From a virus (Duplodnaviria > Caudoviricetes): DNA of 56,445 bases. Positions 47,301 through 56,445 of this stretch are shown here, piece by piece. The DNA lies in the IMG/VR virus record IMGVR_UViG_3300046485_000109, positions 1 to 56,445 of that record, one strand, 5' to 3'. A program made the position numbers and the translations under genes. Below the pieces are notes generated by a model. It was not told the DNA's origin and searched no databases. It worked only from the letters and a program-made list of their open reading frames with translations. Positions within the stretch are counted from its first letter, which is position 1; each line of letters starts with the position of its first letter.

Positions 47301-48036
47301 AATCTGAACTATCTCCTAAACCATCTTCTGCATAAATGACAGATAATTGAGCATTTATATCTGGAGTTTTTTCATAAGGACCATTATCACTCAATTCAAC
47401 AGGTACAATTTCCATTGGGAAAGTTTGTAATCCAGTATCGGCAGTAAAACGGAATACACCATTATTCAACGAATTTTTAGTTGTATTGAATGTATACAAT
47501 TGCATCATCACATCGCCAACTTGTTTTAAGCTTGTATATTGTCCGAATTGTCCATTTAAAGTTCTGTTCAATACTAAGAAGAATTGCTCTTTCCAATTAG
47601 CATTATTAGGATCATTCCAAATAATTGTTAAACCAGATAAATTACTTCCTTGACTATCAAAAACATTTTCAGAAGTAGTAATTGAACTTATTTTAACTAA
47701 ACCTCTAGCTGGTATGTTACGTGAAGGTTTATAAGAAATTATTTTCGCAAGTTTTAGAATTGATTGCTTACGTTGAGCTGTTGTTATAAACTGTTCATGA
47801 GATAACATATCAAGACGATATGAAATTTGTTCAGCAACATAGGCAAATGACTCGCAGATGGCGATTAATTCACTGGACTCTATAAAATCGTTAAATGATT
47901 CTGGAAAATAAATCTGCAAGTATGATATTATTGATGACTTTATTGAATCATAGTCAAAACTAGTAAAATTGATTTGATTGAATGCCTGGTATGCTTTTGA
48001 CCAAGATTCTGCACTATATAAATTACGTATTGCCAT
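44377..48036 (-). CDS. baseplate wedge protein (gp6-like)
   Basis: DYDSIK...FNDFIESSE...Y.P.RN; LFGDG; ESIEHIR...AQNRMV...DY. Confidence 0.88.
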   Translation of the reverse strand: MAIRNLYSAESWSKAYQAFNQINFTSFDYDSIKSSIISYLQIYFPESFNDFIESSELIAICESFAYVAEQISYRLDMLSHEQFITTAQRKQSILKLAKIISYKPSRNIPARGLVKISSITTSENVFDSQGSNLSGLTIIWNDPNNANWKEQFFLVLNRTLNGQFGQYTSLKQVGDVMMQLYTFNTTKNSLNNGVFRFTADTGLQTFPMEIVPVELSDNGPYEKTPDINAQLSVIYAEDGLGDSSDYTGMLMYIKQGILSYLPYTIANAIPNQALTLAPINVNDTDVWVVEVDGNGAIQKIWEQVENLADTNLSFNTIKNRSKYEVETLENDAIKLLFGDGDFSDMPVGSYYFWMRQSANTTIVIPPSKMVNEQFSFQYIATDGTNQQSSITFNLTATIQNSAASESIEHIRQAAPATYYAQNRMVNGQDYNTYMLRDQSILRLVSINRTFAGQPKYIDWNDASGQYQNVKVFGDDLTIGYDLSINSISTGSTVPSRSLIDTVIEPLLSSPGIINILNYVSATQDGSDVNSPFDTTCVVSLTRRKFIEDNRQVYSQLDGSIIRGPQLEKTLIQGALDQHYYGEPQGYVTINNVNYGIIPDPGLHPSSTSKLWLHTLPRTIDSVNAFIPGDVGSGLQPTAWQTRFGLAFNRAVPMVGRDVDTKITIRILERKSIDNNQHYAAEVFTFEVGADAKTINISSNLRGVIGIGEIGLSFLSSNPSAPLDVTLIQPSIPEYSLYPGDAFILRLPEIAVSSWSPINYVCDTIGSSTNSPLISTMNLLGRWELINGVDLVVTDPNTGESPNANARVFDPTLYLPSGKRNPNSWIIWVEATLNSTQSTVTNYTINYRELKLTASSPTTNFWYNSQQQIIDGQTKDKVFDIIRILRSNIKPDGRALAENQNYDVVGPVIDKNGIVDTKALEIISTDMIGLNFSTVSTKLISDNFLQFENFSNVSNDVNLTSFYYYFQLNSDGSKITSTITTAKPVGITFTPGSFISSYDATIAGYWGRSINRTGLDFMWQHFTPYTNLIDPSPSNIHDTYILTDGYYSSMQDYINGTTAIAPIAPSPLELRNSYAPLLKNKMLSDTVVLHSAKLKLLFGSLADPQMRATFKIVRAITATMTSEALQTEVLKVITEFFSIKNWDFGDTFYATELFSLIHQRLPTEIATVVLVPVYAINSFGSLFTIQCNQDEILQSCAKLTDIQIVSELNATNMKQGLIGC

Positions 48037-48081
48037 TTGTTTAGTATTCCTAAATGTGTTAGTACTTATGTTCTATTTAAC

Positions 48082-48447
48082 TTATCCACCAGTTTTAACT
48101 TCGATGTGGATTGTATGAGTTACCTTAAATTCGATGAATAATAAATCAGCAAATGCAGAAATTGTATTATGATCTGGAACAGAAAGAACTTGTAATGTTA
48201 CTAATTGAACTCTTGGATCATACTCAAATACAGCTCTTAAATCATCTTCTATAATTTGTCTTGTGATTTCATCATTAGGTTCGAATGTCATTAATGGAAT
48301 TCTAGTACCAAAAGTTGGCATCATTACTCGACTGCCTATTGGAGTATAGATATGGTTCATTAAATCTTGTTTAACGACTTCTATATCTGAAATTCCTAAA
48401 TTTTTTGTCTTCATCCAGTTTTTAGATGATAGTCCATGATAGAACAT
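48082..48447 (-). CDS. baseplate gp25-like protein
   Basis: T.IGSRVMMPTFGT.I....FEP...YDPRV. Confidence 0.9.
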   Translation of the reverse strand: MFYHGLSSKNWMKTKNLGISDIEVVKQDLMNHIYTPIGSRVMMPTFGTRIPLMTFEPNDEITRQIIEDDLRAVFEYDPRVQLVTLQVLSVPDHNTISAFADLLFIEFKVTHTIHIEVKTGG

Positions 48448-48452
48448 AATTA

Positions 48453-49679
48453 TTATCCTTTAAAATGAGAATTTCTCGATGTATTTGCTGGCCTTATAAA
48501 AGGTTCATGCTCTGGCATTATTGATGGACCAGCTGCCGAATTAGCGCAAATTGCTTCAGATGCATCTCCACCAGGGAATACAACTCTATCATTATCACCA
48601 TCCCCCGGAGTTTTATGAGAATTAGCGGTAACAGCATATCCCGACATTGCTAAAACTCCATCACTTTTTATATTTACCTGTCCACCAGATACTTTTGTAT
48701 CTGTACTATTAATATCTGCTTTACATCCAGACATTGCAATTTGACCACCAGCTTTAAGATGAACATTCCCGCCGGTGACATTTGTATCTGCTTCACTCAA
48801 AATATTAATAGTCCCTTGAGCATTCAAATTGATATTTCTATTAGCTGAAATATTAACATCTTCTCCAGCATGCATTGAAATTGATTTAGATCCATAAATG
48901 TGAATATGACCATCTTCATCAAGCTCTACCCACGTTTCTCCTTTAGCAGTTGAAACATAAATTCTTTCATTTGAATCATCTAAAATGACTTGATTCCCTT
49001 CACATGTTTTAATACGAACACGACAGTTATCAGGAGCATCAGACATAGTAATAAAATGATGTCCTGGTGTTGTCCAACAATAAGTTTGCGGATCTAAATA
49101 ACGTTCATCTGCTGGGCATTTTGCATAACCTTCAGCACCATCTTTTATATCAGCGGCTTGAGCAACCTGTCTTTCAGATGGACCTCTTGTTTGAGTAATA
49201 GGATCATTTAAATCTACGAATGCTGCTTTAGCATTTGACGATGCAGGTTCAAGTGCATCGTATGTATCAGTCCATGGTCCTGCAGTTCTATCAGGTTTTG
49301 CATTCCTTCCGCCAGGAAGACTACGATTTCGATGAATATCGTAAAAGCTTGCAAAATAAAACCTACGATTTGGTTCTCCATTTAATAAAAAAACTAGCAC
49401 TTGAGAATTTATTTTAGGTAAAGCCCAAAATCCATAACTAACAGGTCCATGGGATACTGCTCCAGATCTACCAGCTGGAAAATCAACTGTAACTCCACCA
49501 AAAGGAGTAGCATATTCTGCCCAAGGCAGATTAGAAATACTATAATGTTCTCCATCAAGAGCTGGACACCAAATTTTTAATCTTCCCATTTGGTCTGGAT
49601 CAGCAGTATCCATAACAAAACCATCTGTAATAAATGGCCAAGCTTGTTTAAAATTATTGAAAGTTGATGATCTTCCCAT
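48453..49679 (-). CDS. baseplate central spike (gp5/VgrG-like)
   Basis: DPDQMGRLKIW OB-fold; beta-helix repeats; PEHEPF tip. Confidence 0.85.
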   Translation of the reverse strand: MGRSSTFNNFKQAWPFITDGFVMDTADPDQMGRLKIWCPALDGEHYSISNLPWAEYATPFGGVTVDFPAGRSGAVSHGPVSYGFWALPKINSQVLVFLLNGEPNRRFYFASFYDIHRNRSLPGGRNAKPDRTAGPWTDTYDALEPASSNAKAAFVDLNDPITQTRGPSERQVAQAADIKDGAEGYAKCPADERYLDPQTYCWTTPGHHFITMSDAPDNCRVRIKTCEGNQVILDDSNERIYVSTAKGETWVELDEDGHIHIYGSKSISMHAGEDVNISANRNINLNAQGTINILSEADTNVTGGNVHLKAGGQIAMSGCKADINSTDTKVSGGQVNIKSDGVLAMSGYAVTANSHKTPGDGDNDRVVFPGGDASEAICANSAAGPSIMPEHEPFIRPANTSRNSHFKG

Positions 49680-51853
49680 TATGTTTTGGCCTTAACAGTA
49701 TTAGATTGCATTGAGGAATATTCACCATATAGATCACATGTATGTAATGATAAATCTTGAGTGAAGGAAGAAGATGAAAATTCATTATGAATAGCTGAAC
49801 AAAAATACCAACCGTCATAAAAGAGTTGAGTTTTTATTTTATTAGTAAAACCTGTTGAATCATTAACATTGGCTTGTGCAAACGGATAATCTGCAGGTCC
49901 ATAAATGTTAATTTTAGCATACATTCCACCTTTCACAAAAGGTTTATATAAACCTTTCTGATTGAGAGTTTCTTGTATTGGGGTAATTAGATTTTTAATC
50001 CATTTTCTATGTTCAATATGTGCAGCAACTATAGTTGCTCCACCTTTAGCAGCTGGAGTTTTCCCATTGCCATAGTCCCATGCTGTTAATTTAGCAAAAT
50101 CGATATTTTCTGTTGAAATATAAGTCTGAATAGATTCTGTCAATTGAACATGAGGCGGAACTGAATCTATTATATAAGATTTATATAGATCCGGATTACC
50201 TCTAATTTTAACAGCAGGCTGTAACATTGCCGCTGTTAAATCCGATAAAGATCTATGAAATTCTTGTTTATTTTGAAACTGTTTGGCAGCATCAGTTTGA
50301 TTTTGATTTACCATAACAGCATTATTCGTATACTGTACGAATGATGGAGGTGGCGCAATTACTGGTTGCATTGGTCTTAATTTGTAAAGCATTGGCTTAA
50401 CTTGAGATATCGAACCATCATCTTTTTTAGTTTGAGGTTGTCCATTTATCATTTGAACAGCAGATACGCTAGCATTAGATTTGCTGTATAGTCCTAGCAT
50501 CATATTATTGACTTTGATATCTAAATGTAAAATATCTTCATTCTTTCCAGAAAAAACATAATCAAAAATGATAGCGCCTGGTGGAACATATTTTTGATTT
50601 TTGCTATTTTGATCATATTCGTCTGTTATTTGACTATCAGATTGATTAATATCAGGTATAGAAAATGAAACAACATCAAAATGAACTAATACCATATCTT
50701 TATCAGAGGTGATACTAGTTAAAACTTTAAGAATTTGCGCAGTACCTGCAGATTTTGCTTCAAGATTTGCCATCTTATTAATTTCATCGCAAGATGTTAA
50801 TAATGCCCATAATACATCTTGCACTTTCATGTTAATTGATGTAGCAAAATATCCAACTGCTGGTGCTTTTGGATCTTTCTTGATAGATTCATCAATTCTA
50901 GCTTTTTCTTTTGAATTTGCAACATCCAATTCTTTTTGTTTTTGATCTTGCAGTTTTTTAATTTGCGCTGCAAAATCAGTTTCAGTTATTTTTGCACCTG
51001 GACTACTAACTTTATAATAGAACCATTCTGGTGGAATTGTTATCATATACTGAACTAATCTACCACGACGCTGTTGTGTAGTTTGTGGATTTTTGGTTTG
51101 AACTTGAGACGTAATTACTGGGCCTTCAACTGGTTTATCGATTTGATTAGCAGCAAAATAGAATTTTCGACTTGCTTGATTGAGCTGATTTTCTAGTGAT
51201 TGAATTGCTTCACCTAGTAATGATTGATTAAACTTTATAGTTTGAGCTTCACCAGCCCAAAGATTTGTATAGAGTTCTATACCATCTCCTAACATTCCAG
51301 AAATTGCACAGAAAGAAAGTTCGTACCTTCCACCATCTGTTCCGAATTGAGTTAAATTAAAATCTGCAGTCATTACCATTGCTACACTGATACTATCAAC
51401 AATTTCTGTTTCACCTCTATCTGTATGTCCAATAAACATAGTATGTAATAGAAATGTGACACCATTGATATCTGTTTGCAAGACTTCATCGCATAACCAT
51501 TTCATATAGTTAAAAAAACCAATGCCTGAGGGATCAATAATTTGCATTTCGATTTTAGATCCAATCATAGTATGATCAGATGGAGATGAATTACCACCAA
51601 TAAGAACTGTAAACTTCAGGTTATCCATCATGAAATCTGAAGTTTTACGAGTATCAAATACTAAGTAAGCTCCAGTATCTTTTTGAATTTCTTGACCAAG
51701 TCTAGCATTTGTAACTGATGATAAAAAAGTTGAAGGTTCACCAGGTTTAGGTTCAGTCATTAAACGAATTATCTCAGTATTATTTGCAGCTACCAAGATA
51801 TGATGATATGAATGCGAACGGAATTTGTCAAGTGGGTTTTGAGGCTGCGACAT
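49679..51853 (-). CDS. putative baseplate hub protein
   Basis: NPLD.FRS.SYH; IRGNP; Y.G.Y.......F....F.Q.L; synteny. Confidence 0.65.
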   Translation of the reverse strand: MSQPQNPLDKFRSHSYHHILVAANNTEIIRLMTEPKPGEPSTFLSSVTNARLGQEIQKDTGAYLVFDTRKTSDFMMDNLKFTVLIGGNSSPSDHTMIGSKIEMQIIDPSGIGFFNYMKWLCDEVLQTDINGVTFLLHTMFIGHTDRGETEIVDSISVAMVMTADFNLTQFGTDGGRYELSFCAISGMLGDGIELYTNLWAGEAQTIKFNQSLLGEAIQSLENQLNQASRKFYFAANQIDKPVEGPVITSQVQTKNPQTTQQRRGRLVQYMITIPPEWFYYKVSSPGAKITETDFAAQIKKLQDQKQKELDVANSKEKARIDESIKKDPKAPAVGYFATSINMKVQDVLWALLTSCDEINKMANLEAKSAGTAQILKVLTSITSDKDMVLVHFDVVSFSIPDINQSDSQITDEYDQNSKNQKYVPPGAIIFDYVFSGKNEDILHLDIKVNNMMLGLYSKSNASVSAVQMINGQPQTKKDDGSISQVKPMLYKLRPMQPVIAPPPSFVQYTNNAVMVNQNQTDAAKQFQNKQEFHRSLSDLTAAMLQPAVKIRGNPDLYKSYIIDSVPPHVQLTESIQTYISTENIDFAKLTAWDYGNGKTPAAKGGATIVAAHIEHRKWIKNLITPIQETLNQKGLYKPFVKGGMYAKINIYGPADYPFAQANVNDSTGFTNKIKTQLFYDGWYFCSAIHNEFSSSSFTQDLSLHTCDLYGEYSSMQSNTVKAKT

Positions 51854-51865
51854 GAGTTCTCTATT

Positions 51866-52243
51866 TTATAGTACTATAGGAGGCAAGACGTTCTCTGCTG
51901 TTCTTGCTGATTGGATGCCACCGGTTTTTTGGCCAAATAGCAACTGTAATCTATTTAACGTTGGAATTAGAAGCTTTCTTCCTGGAATAATTTCAATCCA
52001 TGGATCTAAAATGTTATTATATTGAGCAATAATCCACCACCAACGAGGTTCATTATAGAAAGCATATGCAATTAGATCAATTCTGTTTGTATATTTTTCT
52101 TCTATGATATAAATCTGATCGGAACTATCTTTAGGAAAATCAAATCGACTCCACCATTCAAGACCAATTGGACCTACTTCAGTAAGTCCACCCTGAACAT
52201 AACGCGAATTTTTAACATTTACAGAACTATTTGAAGTTGTCAT
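51866..52243 (-). CDS. baseplate wedge gp53/LysM-like protein
   Basis: RIDLIAY.FY....WWWIIAQYN.I.DP. Confidence 0.8.
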   Translation of the reverse strand: MTTSNSSVNVKNSRYVQGGLTEVGPIGLEWWSRFDFPKDSSDQIYIIEEKYTNRIDLIAYAFYNEPRWWWIIAQYNNILDPWIEIIPGRKLLIPTLNRLQLLFGQKTGGIQSARTAENVLPPIVL

Positions 52244-53475
52244 TAGAATAATCCAAATTTAGATACACCACTATTCTGCATTCCTAAATTCGAAGCAGAA
52301 TCGTGCATGATAGATTGTTTAGAAGGATTTGATGGCACAAATGGCTTCCATGGCTGTGCTCCCCATTCTTTAGCTGCCGCAATGGTTGGAATAGGCGCAC
52401 CTTTAGGAACAGATTGAGCTCCTCCTAAATCTTTCGGCTGTGGTGTTGCTGATGTCACTACTTTCTCCCCAGCTGTAGCAGTACTCGGTTCATTCGAACT
52501 TATTCCACTTTGAGAGGTATCTGTAGTTGTATTTCCAGAAGTAGATGTTTCTGGTTTACTAACTTCCAATGGGGGAATTACTGCAGGAACATATGCTCCT
52601 ATCATGTCACCTTGCTTATACGCAGCAAGATCGAAGCCACTATATTCCCTAGGTGACCAAGCTTCTTTAAGTTGTAATTGACCTAAATTCATAATGACAG
52701 GGAATGGTTCTCCATTTGAAGTATGAATCCAATCGACATCATTAGGCCAATCCCAACTAGCATTTTCTAATACTACTGGAATACTACCAATATTATGCTG
52801 TCCATACGCTGTAAATTCCAGTAAATCTGGCGGAGCACCTAACATATCTGGAGTAGACATTTCAGTACCAGAACCATAATATGGCATTAACCATCCACGA
52901 ATAGTATTAATAATTTTTTGATTTTCATCAGCTTCTGCAATAGTTCGAGATATAAGTTTGATATTGCCAATTGACCAAGATCTTGGAGCTGTATGATTAT
53001 ACTTTGCTATTAGACCAGGATGATGTGGCATCATTACATCATCATATTGAGCTGCTCTGCTTTCTGAAATAGTTGGCATCACCCTAAAGAATACAATTTC
53101 TCCAGAAGTTTTTGATACTAATTTAACCCCAAATTTCTGAACTCCTCCTCCAACTGCACCGAGACCGCCTAACATACTAGCTATTTCAGTAGCTCCCATT
53201 CCATTTTTTAAGGTTTCAAATCCACCAGAAAGATTAGTTCCGAATTTATCAATAGCATCATGCATACTTTGAGTATAACTACCATTAGTTAGTGCGCCAA
53301 AGTCAGTTGGAGCAATATTAGAAACATTATTAGTAGAAGGTCCCCAATTAATCGCATTTGCCATTTCTGTCAATTTGGTGCTATTATCAACTGTTAATGG
53401 TGAAAGAGTTCCACTGCCATTAAGTTCCCATCCTGAAAATTTTGGCATTCCAGGAATGTCAATTACATCTGCCAT
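52243..53475 (-). CDS. tail tube initiator-like protein
   Basis: P.ISESR.A.Y; GAPP......YG......IPVV......WP.DVD.I. Confidence 0.65.
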   Translation of the reverse strand: MADVIDIPGMPKFSGWELNGSGTLSPLTVDNSTKLTEMANAINWGPSTNNVSNIAPTDFGALTNGSYTQSMHDAIDKFGTNLSGGFETLKNGMGATEIASMLGGLGAVGGGVQKFGVKLVSKTSGEIVFFRVMPTISESRAAQYDDVMMPHHPGLIAKYNHTAPRSWSIGNIKLISRTIAEADENQKIINTIRGWLMPYYGSGTEMSTPDMLGAPPDLLEFTAYGQHNIGSIPVVLENASWDWPNDVDWIHTSNGEPFPVIMNLGQLQLKEAWSPREYSGFDLAAYKQGDMIGAYVPAVIPPLEVSKPETSTSGNTTTDTSQSGISSNEPSTATAGEKVVTSATPQPKDLGGAQSVPKGAPIPTIAAAKEWGAQPWKPFVPSNPSKQSIMHDSASNLGMQNSGVSKFGLF

Positions 53476-54170
53476 TATTCAATTCCTATAGAGGTTTTAA
53501 TTTTGTTAAACATGAGCTTAGCAAGTTCTGGTTTTTTATCTAATCCAACTATTTTAGCGAATTCGTCTAAGTATCCAAGCTCAACTGCTCTTCTTGCAAC
53601 TGATCCTGAAATTTCATCATCTGATAAATTACTATCTTTTAGTTTTTCAATTGCACTATCGATTGCTATTTTTTTATCTAACTTTTTAGTTTCGACTGCT
53701 TCTGAAGATCTATCTAATCCTGGAATAATAACATGATCAATTTCAGATCCATCTGGTTTCATAAAACTCTTTTTTAACATTTTAAGATAACCTTCTGCTC
53801 TATCTGATCCAGCACCAATTGCAATTGGTTCAAATCCATTATCACGTAAAACACCAAGAGCAATACTACCATTCTTAGCTGTTAAAAATTTAACACCATT
53901 AGCTTTTCCAGAAGCTTCCATAAAACTAATACGTTCTGAAGCAGTCAATGGATTTTTTTGTTTATCTTCACTTGACTTTTCACCAGCAACTATTACCACC
54001 ACAGGCATTGCTTCTAAATGCAAATCTGGATTATTTCGGATAAATTCTTTCATTTTTTGAATTACTTTATAATGCCCAAGGGTTGGAGGATTACACCTAG
54101 CTATCATAAACGCCACTCTCTTATTCTGCATTGGGGGCAAAGCTTCAAATAATAATTCTTGATTTAACAT
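53475..54170 (-). CDS. cytidylyltransferase-like (HIGH superfamily) protein
   Basis: RCNPPTLGH, KNPL, GSDR, SGS.AR; MLNQELLFE leader. Confidence 0.8.
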   Translation of the reverse strand: MLNQELLFEALPPMQNKRVAFMIARCNPPTLGHYKVIQKMKEFIRNNPDLHLEAMPVVVIVAGEKSSEDKQKNPLTASERISFMEASGKANGVKFLTAKNGSIALGVLRDNGFEPIAIGAGSDRAEGYLKMLKKSFMKPDGSEIDHVIIPGLDRSSEAVETKKLDKKIAIDSAIEKLKDSNLSDDEISGSVARRAVELGYLDEFAKIVGLDKKPELAKLMFNKIKTSIGIE

Positions 54171-54304
54171 AATTTTGACTAAGATAAAGATTTCATATTA
54201 GCAGTATTTATCACTAAATTAAAAGTGTACAAATGCCAAAATACATGATATAATTAATTTTAATAAACGGTCATTTACAACGAGCTCAAGAGGAGCCAAA
54301 TAAT

Positions 54305-54811
54305 ATGACCGCCGACATTTTAGAATTTTCAGAACCAACTAAATTAGAAAAACCAAAAAAAGCTAGACCAAAAAAAGTTTTACGAGAAAAACGTAATAAT
54401 GATGAAGGTTGTTATGTAACAAACGCTCAACTTCTTCCTGAAGTGCTTCGAGCAAAAGAATTAGGTAAAGTCACACCTGAATTAGCAATCATGATGCAGA
54501 AAATTGCAGAACGATATGCTATGTCAAAAAACTTCGCTCACCTTTCCTTTAGAGAAGATATGGTTGCGGCCGGAGTTCTTAATCTTCTGCAAAATGGATT
54601 AAAGTTCAATCCTGAAAAATCAAATAATCCATTCTCATACTATACCCAATGTCTATATCATTCCAGCCTTCAGGTCATAGCTGACGAAAAGAAACAGCGT
54701 CAAATACGCGATGACTTACTATTAGATAGTGGGTTTGATGCATCGATGTCATATATGGAAACAGAACGAGATGAATATCGTCAAAGACATTCTGACATAT
54801 TTGAAGATTAA
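54305..54811 (+). CDS. late sigma factor (gp55-like)
   Basis: YVTN..L; NF....FREDM; KFNPEKSNNPFSYYTQ; EKKQ. Confidence 0.88.
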   Translation: MTADILEFSEPTKLEKPKKARPKKVLREKRNNDEGCYVTNAQLLPEVLRAKELGKVTPELAIMMQKIAERYAMSKNFAHLSFREDMVAAGVLNLLQNGLKFNPEKSNNPFSYYTQCLYHSSLQVIADEKKQRQIRDDLLLDSGFDASMSYMETERDEYRQRHSDIFED

Positions 54812-54828
54812 AAGGTGTAAAAACAAAT

Positions 54829-55899
54829 ATGGAAGATCAATTAGCTACTGTTCGTCTAGAATTATCACCAATTTCTAAAATTGCTATGTTTACGGACATC
54901 CACTTTGGGTGTCACAATAATTCTAATCAACACAATCAGGATTGTTTAGACTTTGTGGATTGGTTTATTGTTCAATGTAAAGAACAAAAAGTAGATGCCA
55001 TAGGCTTTTTGGGCGATTGGTTTGAAACCAGGAATTCATTAAACATTCTAACGCTTAAACATTCTAATACATCATTAAGAAAATTAAATTCCTTAGGATT
55101 GCCAATTTTTTTTATTATTGGTAATCATGATTTATATCACCGTCATAATCGTGATGTGCATTCAGCAGATTTATTTCGTGAATTTGAAAATGTTCATATT
55201 ATCGAAGAACCAGTAAAAGTAAATGATTCTCTTTTATTTCTACCATTTTTATTTAATCATGAATATGCTCAAGTTGTAAATTTAGTTAATGCATCTGAAT
55301 ATGTCTTTGGTCATTTCGAGTTTCGGAATTTCTATTTGACTGGTACATCGAGAGTCGCTGAGCATGGTTATCATCATAAGATTTTTGATGGTCCCAAACA
55401 TATTTTTTCTGGACATTATCATAAGCGACAAGCTTCAGATAATGTGATTTATATTGGAAATCCATTTGCTACTTCTTATGCTGATGCCGGTGATTATCAA
55501 CGAGGGTGTTGTATTCTTGAAACAGCATCTGGTGAAGTCGATTTTATCGATTATGTTGGTCCTACTTATGTTAAGACAAAATTAAGTTTGCTATTAGCTG
55601 GAGAAGTCGATCTTAGGCAGCAAGCTAGATTGAAATGCATATTAGACGTGGATATTACATATTCAGAAGCACAATCATTAAAGGCGGAATTTCTTGAATT
55701 ATATAAGTTAAGAGAATTTTCGCTTGAAGAAAATTCTCGAGAACAGCAAGCTTCTTTAGAAGAAACTGCAATGGCTGAACTTGATGAATTAGATTTAAGT
55801 TCGCTAAATGAAACAGTAAAAAAATTGATAGAAGCTGGTGTTCAAGCTACTACTAATATAGATCCAAAAAAACTTATCATAGAATATGAGGCACTTTAA
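54829..55899 (+). CDS. recombination nuclease gp47 (Mre11/SbcD-like)
   Basis: DIHFG, LGDWF, GNHD, GHFE, SGHYH motifs. Confidence 0.92.
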   Translation: MEDQLATVRLELSPISKIAMFTDIHFGCHNNSNQHNQDCLDFVDWFIVQCKEQKVDAIGFLGDWFETRNSLNILTLKHSNTSLRKLNSLGLPIFFIIGNHDLYHRHNRDVHSADLFREFENVHIIEEPVKVNDSLLFLPFLFNHEYAQVVNLVNASEYVFGHFEFRNFYLTGTSRVAEHGYHHKIFDGPKHIFSGHYHKRQASDNVIYIGNPFATSYADAGDYQRGCCILETASGEVDFIDYVGPTYVKTKLSLLLAGEVDLRQQARLKCILDVDITYSEAQSLKAEFLELYKLREFSLEENSREQQASLEETAMAELDELDLSSLNETVKKLIEAGVQATTNIDPKKLIIEYEAL

Positions 55900-56150
55900 T
55901 GTCGATTGCTTTAACGCTCAATAGTATTAAATTTAGAAATTATCTATCATATGGAAATGCATGGACAGAATTACGATTTGATAACGGGATAAACACTTTT
56001 ATTTCTGGTGAAAATCATGATACTGGATCTAAAAATGGATGTGGAAAATGTGTTTTAGGAGAAACTCTTATAAATATTAGAAATAAGAAAACAGGTGAAA
56101 TTATTTCAATACCAATAGGAGAATTTTATGACATGCATGAAGGGACATAA
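55899..56150 (+). CDS. gp46 (Rad50/SbcC-like) N-terminal fragment fused to a 33-aa N-intein
   Basis: FRNYLSYGN...G.N......NGCGK followed by CVLGETLINIR...IGEFY then stop. Confidence 0.85.
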   Translation: MSIALTLNSIKFRNYLSYGNAWTELRFDNGINTFISGENHDTGSKNGCGKCVLGETLINIRNKKTGEIISIPIGEFYDMHEGT

Positions 56151-56445
56151 ATCTGAAAGTTCAAAAATTGAATTTATTAACAAAGTGTTAGATGAAATAA
56201 TAAAAGATTTAGAACCTTCATTTAGAGAGAAATTATATACGATAGGAATTGAAAATTTACATTTACGTAGAATTGATATTTCGAAAAAAATAATTTCTAA
56301 CATTAATGGAAATTCAAACGGAAGAGGTAAAAATTATTGGATATCTAGAGGATGGGATGAAGCTGATGCCCACACCAAATTTAAAAAACAACCAAAACGA
56401 AAATCAATATCTCCATTTTCTTTAGAATTTTGGATAGAAAAAATA
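56128..56445 (+). CDS. probable free-standing endonuclease within the fractured gp46 locus, truncated by window
   Basis: AGGAG SD; open to window end; YWISRGWDEADA and SPFSLEFWI repeat-like motifs. Confidence 0.6.
   Translation, partial: MTCMKGHKSESSKIEFINKVLDEIIKDLEPSFREKLYTIGIENLHLRRIDISKKIISNINGNSNGRGKNYWISRGWDEADAHTKFKKQPKRKSISPFSLEFWIEKI

Noticed and set aside
3716-56303. Short antisense or alternate-frame ORFs inside larger genes (e.g. 9053-9493, 11485-11850, 30367-30606, 56106-56303)
   Set aside because: Shadow ORFs of well-supported genes, with no motifs or translation signals.

Overview
This is an AT-rich segment of a T4-related jumbo myophage. The right end carries baseplate genes, a gp55-like late sigma factor, gp47 and the start of gp46; TATAAATA late promoters occur throughout. 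The left ~44 kb is an accessory region, almost all on the minus strand. It holds a dispersed tRNA set (Asn, Gly, Ala, Glu, Pro, Leu x3, CAT), four free-standing homing endonucleases, panD, NADAR, a large multicopper oxidase/cytochrome c operon and many small ORFs. A few host-like genes hint at a gammaproteobacterial, possibly Methylococcales, host (inference). The most striking structure read directly from the sequence concerns RNA. (1) Five Y-RNA-like elements share a bulged CCG/UUUG stem, an upper stem and UUAUC, in three architectures; two are CCA-ended tRNA bodies whose anticodon arm is replaced by a circularly permuted Y core. (2) A leader-peptide terminator/antiterminator attenuator precedes tRNA-Pro and tRNA-Glu. 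(3) The CCA-adding enzyme and a tRNA-Leu are each split by an opposite-strand endonuclease. In addition, nine otherwise mostly unrelated proteins share an N-terminal MKxxELFE-type putative capsid-targeting peptide, and gp46 is fractured by a short split intein. All assignments come from manual motif recognition; no searches or folding programs were run.
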